This document shows, piece after piece, positions 47,495 through 58,990 of a stretch of DNA of 64,000 nucleotides. The notes under the pieces were generated by a model, which saw only the letters and a list, made by a program, of their open reading frames with translations, was not told the DNA's origin and did no database searches. How positions within the stretch are numbered: position 1 is the first letter of the stretch; every line of letters begins with the position of its first letter. The stretch lies in assembly GCA_030428255.1 (NCBI GenBank), contig JAUIBT010000005.1, positions 308 through 64,307 on the forward strand, in the 5' to 3' direction. The position numbers were made by a program, and so were the translations under genes. This stretch comes from Alphaproteobacteria bacterium. GTDB lineage: Bacteria; Pseudomonadota; Alphaproteobacteria; UBA7985; JAUIBT01.

Positions 47495-50113
47495 ATGAGC
47501 GAGACACCCAAGTCTTTGGTGGACAATCCCGAAGACCTTATCGCCGAGGCCGATACCGGTGCTCGCGCCCCCACTGGCGCGCTGCCCTTTGCCGTCCTGT
47601 GGGTCGTCCCCTTGGTCTGGTCTTTGTTTCAGCTCTGGATTGCCTCGCCCCTGCCCTTCGAGTGGGGCATTGCGGTTTGGAACGACACCCAAACCCGCGC
47701 CATTCACCTGGCCTTTGCCGTCTTCCTGGCCTTTACCGCCTACCCAACGCTGAAATCCAGCCCGCGCAATTATATCCCGCTGCAAGACTGGGCCTTGGCG
47801 CTGATCGGCGCGGGCGCGGCGGCCTATATCTGGCTGTTCTATGCGGGCGTTGCGGCGCGATCTGGTGCGCCCAACACGGTTGACGTTGCCGTAGCGGCGG
47901 TCGGCATCGTGCTGCTGCTGGAGGCCGCGCGTCGCTCGCTGGGCTTCCCGTTGATGGCGGTCGCGCTGGTCTTCTTGGCCTACGTTTTCTTCGGCGCTTG
48001 GGCGGGCCTGCCGGATATGATCCGCTGGAAAGGCGCTTCACTCGAAAAAGCCATGAGCCATATGTGGTTGACCACCGAGGGCGTGTTTGGCGTCGCCCTG
48101 GGGGTCTCGTCTGGCTTCGTCTTCTTGTTCGTGCTGTTCGGCGCGCTGCTCAATCAGGCGGGCGCGGGCAACTATTTCGTGCAAATCGCCTTCTCCTTAC
48201 TGGGGCACATGCGCGGCGGACCAGCCAAGGCGGCGGTGGTCTCTTCTGCCATGACCGGCCTGATTTCGGGCTCGTCGATCGCCAACGTGGTCACCACCGG
48301 CACCTTCACCATTCCCTTGATGAAACGGGTCGGCTTTAGCCCTGAAAAGGCGGGCGCGGTCGAGGTTTCCTCGTCTGTTAACGGCGTCTTGACCCCGCCG
48401 GTCATGGGCGCGGTGGCCTTTTTGATGACCGAATACGTCGGCATCTCCTATGTCGAGGTGGTCAAGACCGCCATCGTTCCGGCGCTGATCTCCTATCTGG
48501 CGCTGATCTATATCGTCCACCTTGAGGCGCTGAAGCACGACATGCGCGGTCTGGACAAGCCCGAGCCTATGGCGCCGGCCAAAGTGCGCTTGATTCGTAC
48601 AGGTATCACCATTTGCTCGCTAATCATCCTGTCCTATGGGGTCTATTGGCTGATTCAAGGCTTCAAGGTTTGGTTTGGTGACACTTCGGGTTGGCCGATT
48701 ATGGCTCTGCTGTTTGGCGGTTACACGTTCTTGGTCTTTTTGTCCGCTCGCAAGCCCGACCTAGAGCTGGACGACCCCAATCAACCCGTGGTCAAGCTGC
48801 CACGCTTCGGCGATGTTGCGGGCACCGGTCTGCACTATGTCGTGCCGATTATCGTGCTGATCTGGTTCTTGATTATCGAGTGGAAGTCGCCTGCCTTCTC
48901 GGCCTTCTGGGCGACCTGTTTTTTGATCATCGTGCTGTTGACGCAAAAGCCACTCAAGGCCCTGTTCCGTGGACAAGCCATCGGCTTCATCAAGGCCTGC
49001 GGCGATGGCATTAAGGACCTGGCCGACGGCCTGATCATCGGTGCGCGCAACATGATTGGCCTGGCCGCCGCCATGGGCGTTGCGGGTATCATCGTTGGCG
49101 CTGTGACCCTGACCGGCATTGGCCAGGTCATGGCCGAGTTCGTCGAGTTCTTGTCGGGCGGCAACCTGTTGGCCATGCTGTTCTTTGTCGCCGTGATCTC
49201 GATCATTTTGGGCATGGGCCTGCCGACCACCGCCAACTATATCGTGGTGTCTTCTTTGATGGCGGGCGTGGTGGTCGAGCTGGGGGCGCAAGCGGGCCTG
49301 ATCGTGCCCTTGGTGGCGGTGCACATGTTCGTCTTCTACTACGGCATCATGGCCGATGTGACGCCGCCGGTGGGGCTGGCCTCCTTTGCTGCGGCGGCCA
49401 TATCGGGCGCCGATCCGCTCAAGACCGGCTTTACGGCCTTCTTTTACTCCTTGCGCACAGCGCTGTTGCCCTTCTTGTTTATCTTCAACACCGACCTGTT
49501 GCTGATCGACGTGGGGCCGGTCAAAGCCATCTTTGTTTTCTTTGTCGCGCTGGCGGCCATGCTGGTGTTTGCAGCGGGCACCATGGGCTATTTCTTCACC
49601 CGCAATCGCTGGTGGGAGAGCCTGGCGTTGGTGTTGGTGGCCTTGCTGTTGTTCCGCCCAGGCTTTGCGCTTGACTATATCCAGCCGCCCTTTGTGACCG
49701 CCAAACCCGCGCAGGTCTTCGCCCTGGCTGAGGCCGCCCCCAGCGGCGAGAGCTTGCGCCTGAAATTCGAGGGCGAGAACATCGACGGCGACTTTATCTC
49801 CTCAACCTTCGTGCTGCCGCTGGGCGACAAAGGGGCGCCGGGCTTCGATCGCCTTGTCAGCGGTGCCGGTTTGGAGTTGCTGGAGGCGGACGGCAAGATC
49901 GTTGTCGACTCGCTGAGCTTCGGCGGCCCCGCCGAACAAGCCGGGGTCGATTTCGACTGGCAGTTGGTGGCAATCGAAAAGCCCGCCGACCGCCTGCCCA
50001 AAGAGCTGATGTACATCCCTGCTTTGGCGCTGTTGGCGCTGATCATCTTTTTGCAACGGCGGCGCATGCCCTCCCAGCCCAGCCGCCCCGTTCGACAGGA
50101 GGCCGTTCAATGA
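47495..50113 (+). CDS. TAXI-type TRAP transporter fused permease (DctQ-DctM fusion, 4TM+12TM) with C-terminal DUF3394-like extension
   Basis: Start chosen at MSETPKSL after an AGGAGA RBS (the ORF track extends upstream through the tandem repeat). About 18 TM helices. Confidence 0.8.
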   Translation: MSETPKSLVDNPEDLIAEADTGARAPTGALPFAVLWVVPLVWSLFQLWIASPLPFEWGIAVWNDTQTRAIHLAFAVFLAFTAYPTLKSSPRNYIPLQDWALALIGAGAAAYIWLFYAGVAARSGAPNTVDVAVAAVGIVLLLEAARRSLGFPLMAVALVFLAYVFFGAWAGLPDMIRWKGASLEKAMSHMWLTTEGVFGVALGVSSGFVFLFVLFGALLNQAGAGNYFVQIAFSLLGHMRGGPAKAAVVSSAMTGLISGSSIANVVTTGTFTIPLMKRVGFSPEKAGAVEVSSSVNGVLTPPVMGAVAFLMTEYVGISYVEVVKTAIVPALISYLALIYIVHLEALKHDMRGLDKPEPMAPAKVRLIRTGITICSLIILSYGVYWLIQGFKVWFGDTSGWPIMALLFGGYTFLVFLSARKPDLELDDPNQPVVKLPRFGDVAGTGLHYVVPIIVLIWFLIIEWKSPAFSAFWATCFLIIVLLTQKPLKALFRGQAIGFIKACGDGIKDLADGLIIGARNMIGLAAAMGVAGIIVGAVTLTGIGQVMAEFVEFLSGGNLLAMLFFVAVISIILGMGLPTTANYIVVSSLMAGVVVELGAQAGLIVPLVAVHMFVFYYGIMADVTPPVGLASFAAAAISGADPLKTGFTAFFYSLRTALLPFLFIFNTDLLLIDVGPVKAIFVFFVALAAMLVFAAGTMGYFFTRNRWWESLALVLVALLLFRPGFALDYIQPPFVTAKPAQVFALAEAAPSGESLRLKFEGENIDGDFISSTFVLPLGDKGAPGFDRLVSGAGLELLEADGKIVVDSLSFGGPAEQAGVDFDWQLVAIEKPADRLPKELMYIPALALLALIIFLQRRRMPSQPSRPVRQEAVQ

Positions 50114-50550
50114 GCCAAACCCAGAGCCAGCCCGTTCTTGTTGCGATTGACTTGGCCCACCCCGAGCACAGCGCGGCCTTGTTGACCCGCGCCGCTCAAC
50201 TGGCCAAGCTGGACGCTGCGCCCTTGGCGGTCATGTCGGTTGTGCCCGATTTTGGCATGAGCATCGTCGGCAGCTATTTTAAGGATGGCTCGCAGGCCGA
50301 GGCCCTGGACCACGCCCGCCAGACGCTGCACAGCCTGGTCGAGGCCGCGCTTGGCAGCGACAGCGGCGTACAGCACATCATCGCGCAGGGCAGCGCCTAC
50401 GAGCAAATTTTGGCCACGGCCGACACACTGGGTGCGGGCTTGATCGTCATGGGCGCCCACAAGCCCGAGTTCCAAGACTTCTTGCTGGGCCCCAACACGT
50501 CGCGGGTGGTGCGCCACGCCAAGGCCTCGGTGCTGGTGTTGCGAGACTGA
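50110..50550 (+). CDS. Universal stress protein (UspA family)
   Basis: 146 aa. Usp motifs (VLVAIDLAHPEHS..., GLIVMGAHKPEFQDFLLGPNTSRVVRHAKASVLVLR). ATGA overlap with the permease stop. Confidence 0.8.
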   Translation: MSQTQSQPVLVAIDLAHPEHSAALLTRAAQLAKLDAAPLAVMSVVPDFGMSIVGSYFKDGSQAEALDHARQTLHSLVEAALGSDSGVQHIIAQGSAYEQILATADTLGAGLIVMGAHKPEFQDFLLGPNTSRVVRHAKASVLVLRD

Positions 50551-50621
50551 TCGCGCGCGAAGGCCGGGTTTTGGCGGTCCTAAGTACCCTGCACTGCCTT
50601 CTCAATTCAGCCAAACACAAT

Positions 50622-50656
50622 CCCCCGCCCGGTGTGCCCGAGCGGGGGTTTTGTTT
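50622..50656. terminator. Bidirectional Rho-independent terminator (CCCCCGC-loop-GCGGGGG followed by TTTTGTTTTG)
   Basis: Lies between convergent uspA and clpB. Confidence 0.55.
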
Positions 50657-50717
50657 TGTAGCCGCGGTTTTGAGAGGCCAGGGCTGGCCAAGCGCTGGTC
50701 GCGCAGTCGGAGCCAAG

Positions 50718-53318
<2,601 letters not shown>

Positions 53319-53430
53319 ATGGGCGTCTCCACACGCTCAGATCCCCCGCTTGGCAGCGAAATCAGAGCCATTAAGAACCCCTTAGCCCGATACGGCGCTA
53401 AGGATCACGCGATCTTGCGTGACACCTGCG

Positions 53431-53459
53431 ATGTAGGAAGCCCGAAGGAACCAGACAAG
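53431..53459 (-). promoter_or_regulatory. Candidate sigma-32 (RpoH) promoter of clpB: CTTG-N18-CCTACAT
   Basis: Minus strand reads tCTTGtctggttccttcgggcttCCTACATcg about 113 nt upstream of the ATG. This matches the alphaproteobacterial sigma-32 consensus CTTG-N17-CYTATNT except for one -10 position and one extra spacer nt. A GGAG RBS sits 8 nt before the ATG. Confidence 0.4.
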
Positions 53460-53681
53460 AACATCGCGAATAGAAGCGACAAAAAAACTGCACTATGGCG
53501 GGCAGTCTTGCCGGTTTGCCATGCGGTCCCGCTGCTGATCGGCAGGACTTGTGCCAGGCCATAATGTGTTAGGGGCCACAATGTGTGAGGGGCCAAAGGC
53601 CAGGCGGCAAAGCATCAAAGTGACCCCGAGGCAGGGGACGAGAGCAATGCGCAGTAGCCGTACAGCGCCCGTGAAGACGCG

Positions 53682-54437
53682 CTAGTCCGCGCCGCGGTCG
53701 TCCAAATAGGCGTCTAAAACCCGATTTACAGGACCAAAATCCTTAATCTTGCCGTGGTCGATCCACATGACCTTGTTGCACCAGTCGCGAATAAGCTCGC
53801 CGGAATGCGAAGCCAAAAAGATGATCTTGGTCTTGTCGGCAAGATCGCGCAAACGCCGGTCCGCCTTCTTGTAAAAGGCGGCGTCGCCAGCACCAATAAC
53901 CTCATCCATAATGAGAATTTCTGGCGCGTGGATGGTGGCCAGAGCGAAGCCCAGGCGGGTGCGCATACCAGTCGAATAGGTGCGCACAGCGTGATCGAGA
54001 AAGTCGCCCAGCTCGGTAAAGTCGCGAACGTCTTGCTCGATGCCGGCCTTTTCGGTCTTTTGAACCTGAGCCATGTCCAGCGCGAAGTGGATATTCTCTA
54101 CACCGGTTTCTTCCGGCTCAATGCCAAGGCTGGGGTTTAAGAGCGCTTCGACGCTGCCTTCGACGGTCAGCTCCCCCTCAGAGGGGAAATAGATGCCCGA
54201 CAAAATCTTCAGCAGAGTCGATTTGCCCGCCCCATTGCGGCCGACGATGCCGATACGATCGCCCTCGTGGGCTTCAAAGGAAATGCCCTTGAGCGAGTGA
54301 ATGTGATTGACCCGCTTTTCCTCGTGGCGGTGCAGCAGCCCCAGGCTCAAGGTCTTGAGCAGCTCCTTGCGCAGTGAGCGGGTGCTCAAGATCAAGGGGT
54401 AGCGTAGGTGCAGGTCTTTAACGATGACTTGGGTCAC
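53682..54437 (-). CDS. ABC transporter ATP-binding protein, polysaccharide/capsule export type (KpsT/Wzt-like)
   Basis: Walker A GRNGAGKST. Signature YSTGMRTRLGFA. Walker B ILIMDEVIGAGD. Confidence 0.75.
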   Translation of the reverse strand: MTQVIVKDLHLRYPLILSTRSLRKELLKTLSLGLLHRHEEKRVNHIHSLKGISFEAHEGDRIGIVGRNGAGKSTLLKILSGIYFPSEGELTVEGSVEALLNPSLGIEPEETGVENIHFALDMAQVQKTEKAGIEQDVRDFTELGDFLDHAVRTYSTGMRTRLGFALATIHAPEILIMDEVIGAGDAAFYKKADRRLRDLADKTKIIFLASHSGELIRDWCNKVMWIDHGKIKDFGPVNRVLDAYLDDRGAD

Positions 54438-54447
54438 GCGCTCGGTC

Positions 54448-55236
54448 CTATAAATAGTAGACGAGGCTTCGCCGCGAGCGGCGCAGTACCTCGATGGCCA
54501 TCAGCAGCAGCACAGCGCCCACGACCACCACGAAGGCCAGCGAGCCCCAAGGAATCGCGTTCTTCATGATGGGCGCGCGCACGATCTCGATGGCGTGGTA
54601 GAAGGGATTGACGGCAACGATCGCCGCACGACCCTTCAGAAGATCGGCGTTCCATAGGATGGGCGTCGAAAGGAATACGATCAAAAGCCCAGCATTGATC
54701 AGCGGCCCCAAATCACGAAAGCGCACGGCGACGACGCCGATCAGCATGGACAGGCCAAAGTTAAACAGAGTCAAAGCCATTACCGACAGCGGCAAAATCA
54801 GACTGGCCCAGCCGAAACCGAAACCGAAAATCAGCGCCACAAACAAAGCCACCAGCATTTGCAAGCCATAGACCGAGGCCTTGGAGACAATATTTGCGAT
54901 GAAATACATGCCAAAGGGATAGGTCTTGTTGAGGACGTATTCCTTGTTGGTCAGCATGATGTCGGGTGCCGAGGCGATGGCGTTTGAAATGTACATCCAA
55001 TTGACATAGCCCAGCGCGATGTAGGGCATGTAGTCGGCCAATTTGATGCTAAAGACCATGGAGTAGACCAGCGACAACATGCCGATGAAGATGATGGTCG
55101 ATAGCATTTGCCACAGCAGGCCAATCGAAGATCGGCGGTTCAGCGAGGCCAGGTTACGGCGACTGAGGGCCCACCAACCCGAGACGTTCTTAAAGCCGAA
55201 CCAAAGCTCCTTGCGGATGATATCGATGAAACTCAT
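54448..55236 (-). CDS. ABC-2 type polysaccharide export permease (KpsM-like)
   Basis: Start chosen at MSFIDIIRKELWFGFKNV, the typical KpsM N-terminus. 6 TM helices. The ORF track extends the ORF to 55344. Confidence 0.7.
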   Translation of the reverse strand: MSFIDIIRKELWFGFKNVSGWWALSRRNLASLNRRSSIGLLWQMLSTIIFIGMLSLVYSMVFSIKLADYMPYIALGYVNWMYISNAIASAPDIMLTNKEYVLNKTYPFGMYFIANIVSKASVYGLQMLVALFVALIFGFGFGWASLILPLSVMALTLFNFGLSMLIGVVAVRFRDLGPLINAGLLIVFLSTPILWNADLLKGRAAIVAVNPFYHAIEIVRAPIMKNAIPWGSLAFVVVVGAVLLLMAIEVLRRSRRSLVYYL

Positions 55237-55458
55237 GAGACGTGTGAGGGCCTTTTGGGGCAGGAGAGGGGGCTCAAGGGCGCTTGAAACTGGACCGCCT
55301 GTCGGTCTGCTCCTTGGCGCAGCCTTGGCTAGCGATTGCCCCACCTTAGGCGGCGGGATCGCGGCTATGCTTAATCCTGTGGTGGTGAGAAATCAATGGT
55401 CTTAGCGGCAAACTGTGGAGCAGCGCTGTGCGGCGGATCGCGCCTCTTAGCGCGAGGC

Positions 55459-56190
55459 TTAAGGTCCGCCCTCCGCCAAAGACCAGTAGTCCAGCAGCGC
55501 TTTGGGAACCCGCGCGCGCCCTGCCGCGTCCAGCGCGGCGCTGCGGATTGCATCGCTTATGTCATAGCTTAGATGGCGCAGCGCCTGCGGGTCTTGCGGC
55601 GCGCGCGAGAGATCCAAGATTGCGACCGAGGCCAGAAAGCGCTCAGGCCCGGTTCCGCGCGGCATGCCACAGCTTCCGGGGTTGATGAAGCGGGTTTGGG
55701 CGAAGCTGCGATCCATGGCGCGGTGGCTGTGGCCGCACACCACCAGGTCCGGGGCAGGGCTTGGCAAGGCTGCGGCCGCCTCTGCCAGCGGGCTGTCGGG
55801 GTAGAGATAGCCGTTGATGGGATCGAGCGGGCTGCCGTGCAGCAGTTCCAAGCGTCGCCCGTCGCGCTCGATTGACAGGCGTTGCGGCCATCGGGCAAGG
55901 GCGGCGGCCTGCTTGGGTGTCAAGGCGGCGCGCAGAGCAGGCAGGCCATAAAGCGGGCTTTGCTTGGCTTGCAGGCTGGGGTCTTGTTCCAGCAACATGG
56001 CCTCGTGGTTGCCAAGAATGCAGGGGCAGTCCAGGGCGATCAGCGCATCCAGCACGGCCAATCCAGGCAGATAGCCGACGGCATCTCCCAGAAAAAACAG
56101 CTCTTGCGCGCCCGCTGCTTCCAGCAGCCCAAGGCCCTGTTCAAAGGCCTCCAGATTGCCGTGAGCGTCCGATATAAAGCCAAGCTTCAC
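55459..56190 (-). CDS. Metallophosphoesterase (calcineurin-like phosphoesterase, YfcE-like)
   Basis: Motifs ISDAHGN, GDAVGY, GNHE, VCGHSH. Confidence 0.75.
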   Translation of the reverse strand: MKLGFISDAHGNLEAFEQGLGLLEAAGAQELFFLGDAVGYLPGLAVLDALIALDCPCILGNHEAMLLEQDPSLQAKQSPLYGLPALRAALTPKQAAALARWPQRLSIERDGRRLELLHGSPLDPINGYLYPDSPLAEAAAALPSPAPDLVVCGHSHRAMDRSFAQTRFINPGSCGMPRGTGPERFLASVAILDLSRAPQDPQALRHLSYDISDAIRSAALDAAGRARVPKALLDYWSLAEGGP

Positions 56191-56226
56191 GGCTGGGCTC
56201 CTATCTTCGCGGCGCGCGAGCAGGCA

Positions 56227-56538
56227 TCATTCCGGCGCCAAAGTCACCTTGAGGCCGTCCAGGGCGGCATCAAACTTGAGCTGGCATGACAAGCGAGAAT
56301 TTTCCTGCGGATCAATCGCCAGATCCAGCATGTCTTCTTCTTCTTCCTCTTGGCCGGGCAGCTTGCCGAACCATTCTGGGTCCACGTAGACATGGCAGGT
56401 GGCGCAGGCACAAGAGCCACCGCAAGCGGCCTCGATCGGCAGGCCCGCGTCGCGGATGATTTCCATCACGCGCCAGCCTTCTTTAGCTTCCAAAGTGTGC
56501 TCGACGCCGTTGCGGTCGGTGACAAAGATTTGCGCCAT
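56227..56538 (-). CDS. 2Fe-2S ferredoxin (adrenodoxin/putidaredoxin type)
   Basis: Start chosen at MAQIFVTDRNG. Cys ligands CGGSCACATCHV...C and an acidic loop. Confidence 0.75.
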   Translation of the reverse strand: MAQIFVTDRNGVEHTLEAKEGWRVMEIIRDAGLPIEAACGGSCACATCHVYVDPEWFGKLPGQEEEEEDMLDLAIDPQENSRLSCQLKFDAALDGLKVTLAPE

Positions 56539-56841
56539 ATCAGCGGGGCCTTTCCTTACAATCGGTGGGGCAGATAGCTCCGGCCTACCTAGAGGCAAGG
56601 CGGGCGTCCTGCAAGCCTTTAATGATTAACACGTGAAGCAAGTTCTGGCTAGCCAGAGTCGTGCTCGAAGCGCCTGCCACATGTGCAGACTTCGCGCTGG
56701 CTTCACACTGGCAAGCCACGGGGTTCAAATTCTGAGCCTCCAGGTTCGACTTGGGCCTGATCGTGGCCCGCAACGACGTTGGCGCCGGGGCTGCCGGGGT
56801 AGAATGGGCCTGGTTCGGCAGGCAAGCGGGTGCAAGTTGGG

Positions 56842-57906
56842 CTAGACATCCATGGCCGACTCGCGGGCTTGACCCCGCTCGCTGGTCTCTTTCAACAGGC
56901 CGCCCAGCCCCAAGCTGGTCACGAAATCGCGGGTCAAAGGCGCGTCGGCCACCGCGCGTTGTAAGACAATATCGGTGCCGTTGTCTTGGGGCGAGCGGGC
57001 GCATCCGGGCAGAACGATGATGCTTTGGTCGCCGCCATCGGCCAGGCGGCGGCGCGCCAGCACCAGCAGATTGCCGGGGTCCACAGGCATGCCGAAATGC
57101 TCGATTTGGCCGCCCGCAGCCTCGATGCAGGCGGGCAGCAGGTCGCCACGGTCGCAGACCGCTGATGCCCCCATCAACAGCAACAAGGGCGCACGGCAGG
57201 CGGCCAAGGCTTGCAGCACCCATGCCTCCAGGTGGTCAATTCGTTGGCAGTCCAGCGCCTGGCAGTCGAGCCGGGCCAAGCGTTGGCGCATGACGGCCTC
57301 GGTCTTGGTCAGGACGCTGGCTTTGGTCTGGGGCAAGCGGGTTTGGATCAGCGTCACCGGACGCGGGACCAAAGGAGCAACGCGCAGTAAGGGGGCGGCC
57401 AGATTCAAGAGGTCTTCACCGGCCTCAACCTGGTTTTGCGGCACTACGAAGGGCACCACTTTCAGGCTAGCGACAAGTGTTTCGGCATCCACCAGACGTT
57501 CGGGCGGCAAGGTGGCCAGGCCCAGAGCCTCGCTGATGCGGTTGAAGGCCAGCAAGGGCGCGGCCTGGATCAACAACAGCCCCCGGTCGCGTGCATAGAT
57601 ATTGACCCGCCCACCGGGAGCCAAGCGCGCCTCCAAGCTGGCGTGATCCAAAGCGCGACCCAGGCGCTGGGCGGCCTCGGCTTCGGGCAAATCCCCGGCC
57701 TCGGGGCGAATGACCGCCAGGCTGGTGATGCCGCGCTGAGCCAGCAGGCGGCAATCCTGGTCCTGCAACAGGTGGCCCTTGGGCCAATGCTGCGCGCGCG
57801 TGTCCGCTTCGGCTGGCACCCTGAGCGCATGGGCCAGATAGCAGCCCGCCGCTGCTTGCGGCGGCAGTCGGTGATAGCGTTTTCCGCTGTCCTGCTTGGC
57901 GCTCAA
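56842..57906 (-). CDS. Molybdopterin-binding (MoCF-biosynthesis domain) protein, function unclear
   Basis: C-terminal half resembles the MoaB/MogA/CinA MoCF domain (LLLLMGASAVCDRGDLLPACIEAAGGQIEHFGMPVDPGNLLVLAR). N-terminal half is uncharacterised. Confidence 0.45.
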   Translation of the reverse strand: MSAKQDSGKRYHRLPPQAAAGCYLAHALRVPAEADTRAQHWPKGHLLQDQDCRLLAQRGITSLAVIRPEAGDLPEAEAAQRLGRALDHASLEARLAPGGRVNIYARDRGLLLIQAAPLLAFNRISEALGLATLPPERLVDAETLVASLKVVPFVVPQNQVEAGEDLLNLAAPLLRVAPLVPRPVTLIQTRLPQTKASVLTKTEAVMRQRLARLDCQALDCQRIDHLEAWVLQALAACRAPLLLLMGASAVCDRGDLLPACIEAAGGQIEHFGMPVDPGNLLVLARRRLADGGDQSIIVLPGCARSPQDNGTDIVLQRAVADAPLTRDFVTSLGLGGLLKETSERGQARESAMDV

Positions 57907-57915
57907 AGCCGAGGC

Positions 57916-58785
57916 CTAGTAGCGATTGAGGCGGCGCATCAAGCTGGAGGTGTCCCAGCGATTGCCGCCCATCTGTTGCACTTCGGCATAGAACTGATCG
58001 ACCAGGGCCGTGACCGGCAGCAGCGCACCGTTGGCCTTGGCCTCCTCCAAGACAATGCCCAGGTCTTTGCGCATCCAATCGACCGCAAAGCCAAATTCGA
58101 ACTCGTCGGCGCACATGGTGGTGCCGCGATTTTCCATCTGCCAGGAGCCCGCCGCGCCCTTGGTGATGACATCCAGAACGGCGCTCATGTCCAAGCCTGC
58201 TTTCTGGCCAAAATTCATGGCTTCCGACAGGCCTTGCACCAGGCCCGCAATCGCGATTTGGTTGACCATCTTGGTTAGTTGGCCCGAGCCAATCGGCCCC
58301 AACAGGCGACAGGAGCGGGCGAAGGCGTCTATCAGTGGCTCGGCGCGGTCAAAGTCAGCTTGATCGCCGCCGCACATGACCGTCAGCACGCCGTTTTCCG
58401 CGCCCGCTTGGCCGCCCGACACAGGGGCATCAATAAAGCCCAGGCCCTGGTCTTTGGCGACGGCGTAAAGCTCGCGCGCTACGTTGGCCGACGCGGTGGT
58501 GTGATCGACGAACAGCGCGCCCGCCTTCATGCCGGCAAAGGCTCCGTCTTCGCCCAGCACCACTTGGCGCAAATCATCGTCGTTGCCAACGCAGCAGAAG
58601 ATAACATCCGCACCCTCAGCGGCCTCTTTGGGGCTGGCATGAGCGGTGCCAGCGTGCTGTTGGGTCCAGGCCTGGCGCTTGGCCTCGCTGCGATTATAGA
58701 CCCTCACACTGTGGCCTTTGGCGGCCAGGTGTCCGGCCATGGGGAAGCCCATGACTCCCAGTCCGAGGAATGCGACGTTTGCCAT
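57916..58785 (-). CDS. NAD(P)-dependent 3-hydroxyisobutyrate dehydrogenase family oxidoreductase
   Basis: Rossmann GXGXXG (VAFLGLGVMGFPMAGHL) and the 6PGDH-NAD-binding/HIBADH signature region. Confidence 0.8.
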   Translation of the reverse strand: MANVAFLGLGVMGFPMAGHLAAKGHSVRVYNRSEAKRQAWTQQHAGTAHASPKEAAEGADVIFCCVGNDDDLRQVVLGEDGAFAGMKAGALFVDHTTASANVARELYAVAKDQGLGFIDAPVSGGQAGAENGVLTVMCGGDQADFDRAEPLIDAFARSCRLLGPIGSGQLTKMVNQIAIAGLVQGLSEAMNFGQKAGLDMSAVLDVITKGAAGSWQMENRGTTMCADEFEFGFAVDWMRKDLGIVLEEAKANGALLPVTALVDQFYAEVQQMGGNRWDTSSLMRRLNRY

Positions 58786-58963
58786 GATGCTATGCCTCCT
58801 TGCGCGGTGCTCAATGCGAATCCTGAAGCCAGCACTAGGGCATAGTTTGGCTTCTGTCTCAAGTTACTGTCATGCCGCCAGATGGCAAAGGTGCCGCTTC
58901 GAGCCCCCAAAGTGTTGCAATTGCGCACAAATGTTGCGCTGAAAGTTTATGCACCTTGACATG

Positions 58964-58983
58964 AAGTTAGTCAGTGCTAACTT
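58964..58983. promoter_or_regulatory. Candidate MntR/DtxR-family operator: AAGTTA-gtcagtgc-TAACTT inverted repeat overlapping a TTGACA -35-like hexamer
   Basis: Perfect 6-bp arms (TTAG...CTAA half-sites resemble DtxR-family boxes), immediately upstream of the metal-binding protein gene. A DtxR/MntR regulator gene ends the operon. An adjacent GCAATTGC palindrome lies at 58925. Confidence 0.4.
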
Positions 58984-58990
58984 TCTTTTC

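Noticed and set aside
56700-56740. GGTTCAAATTC motif resembling a tRNA T-loop; general scan for tRNA, rRNA or CRISPR
   Set aside because: No acceptor stem or anticodon arm can be folded around it. No other region shows tRNA-like cloverleaf features, rRNA-like conservation or spacer-repeat periodicity. The tandem arrays found have no unique spacers, so they are not CRISPR.
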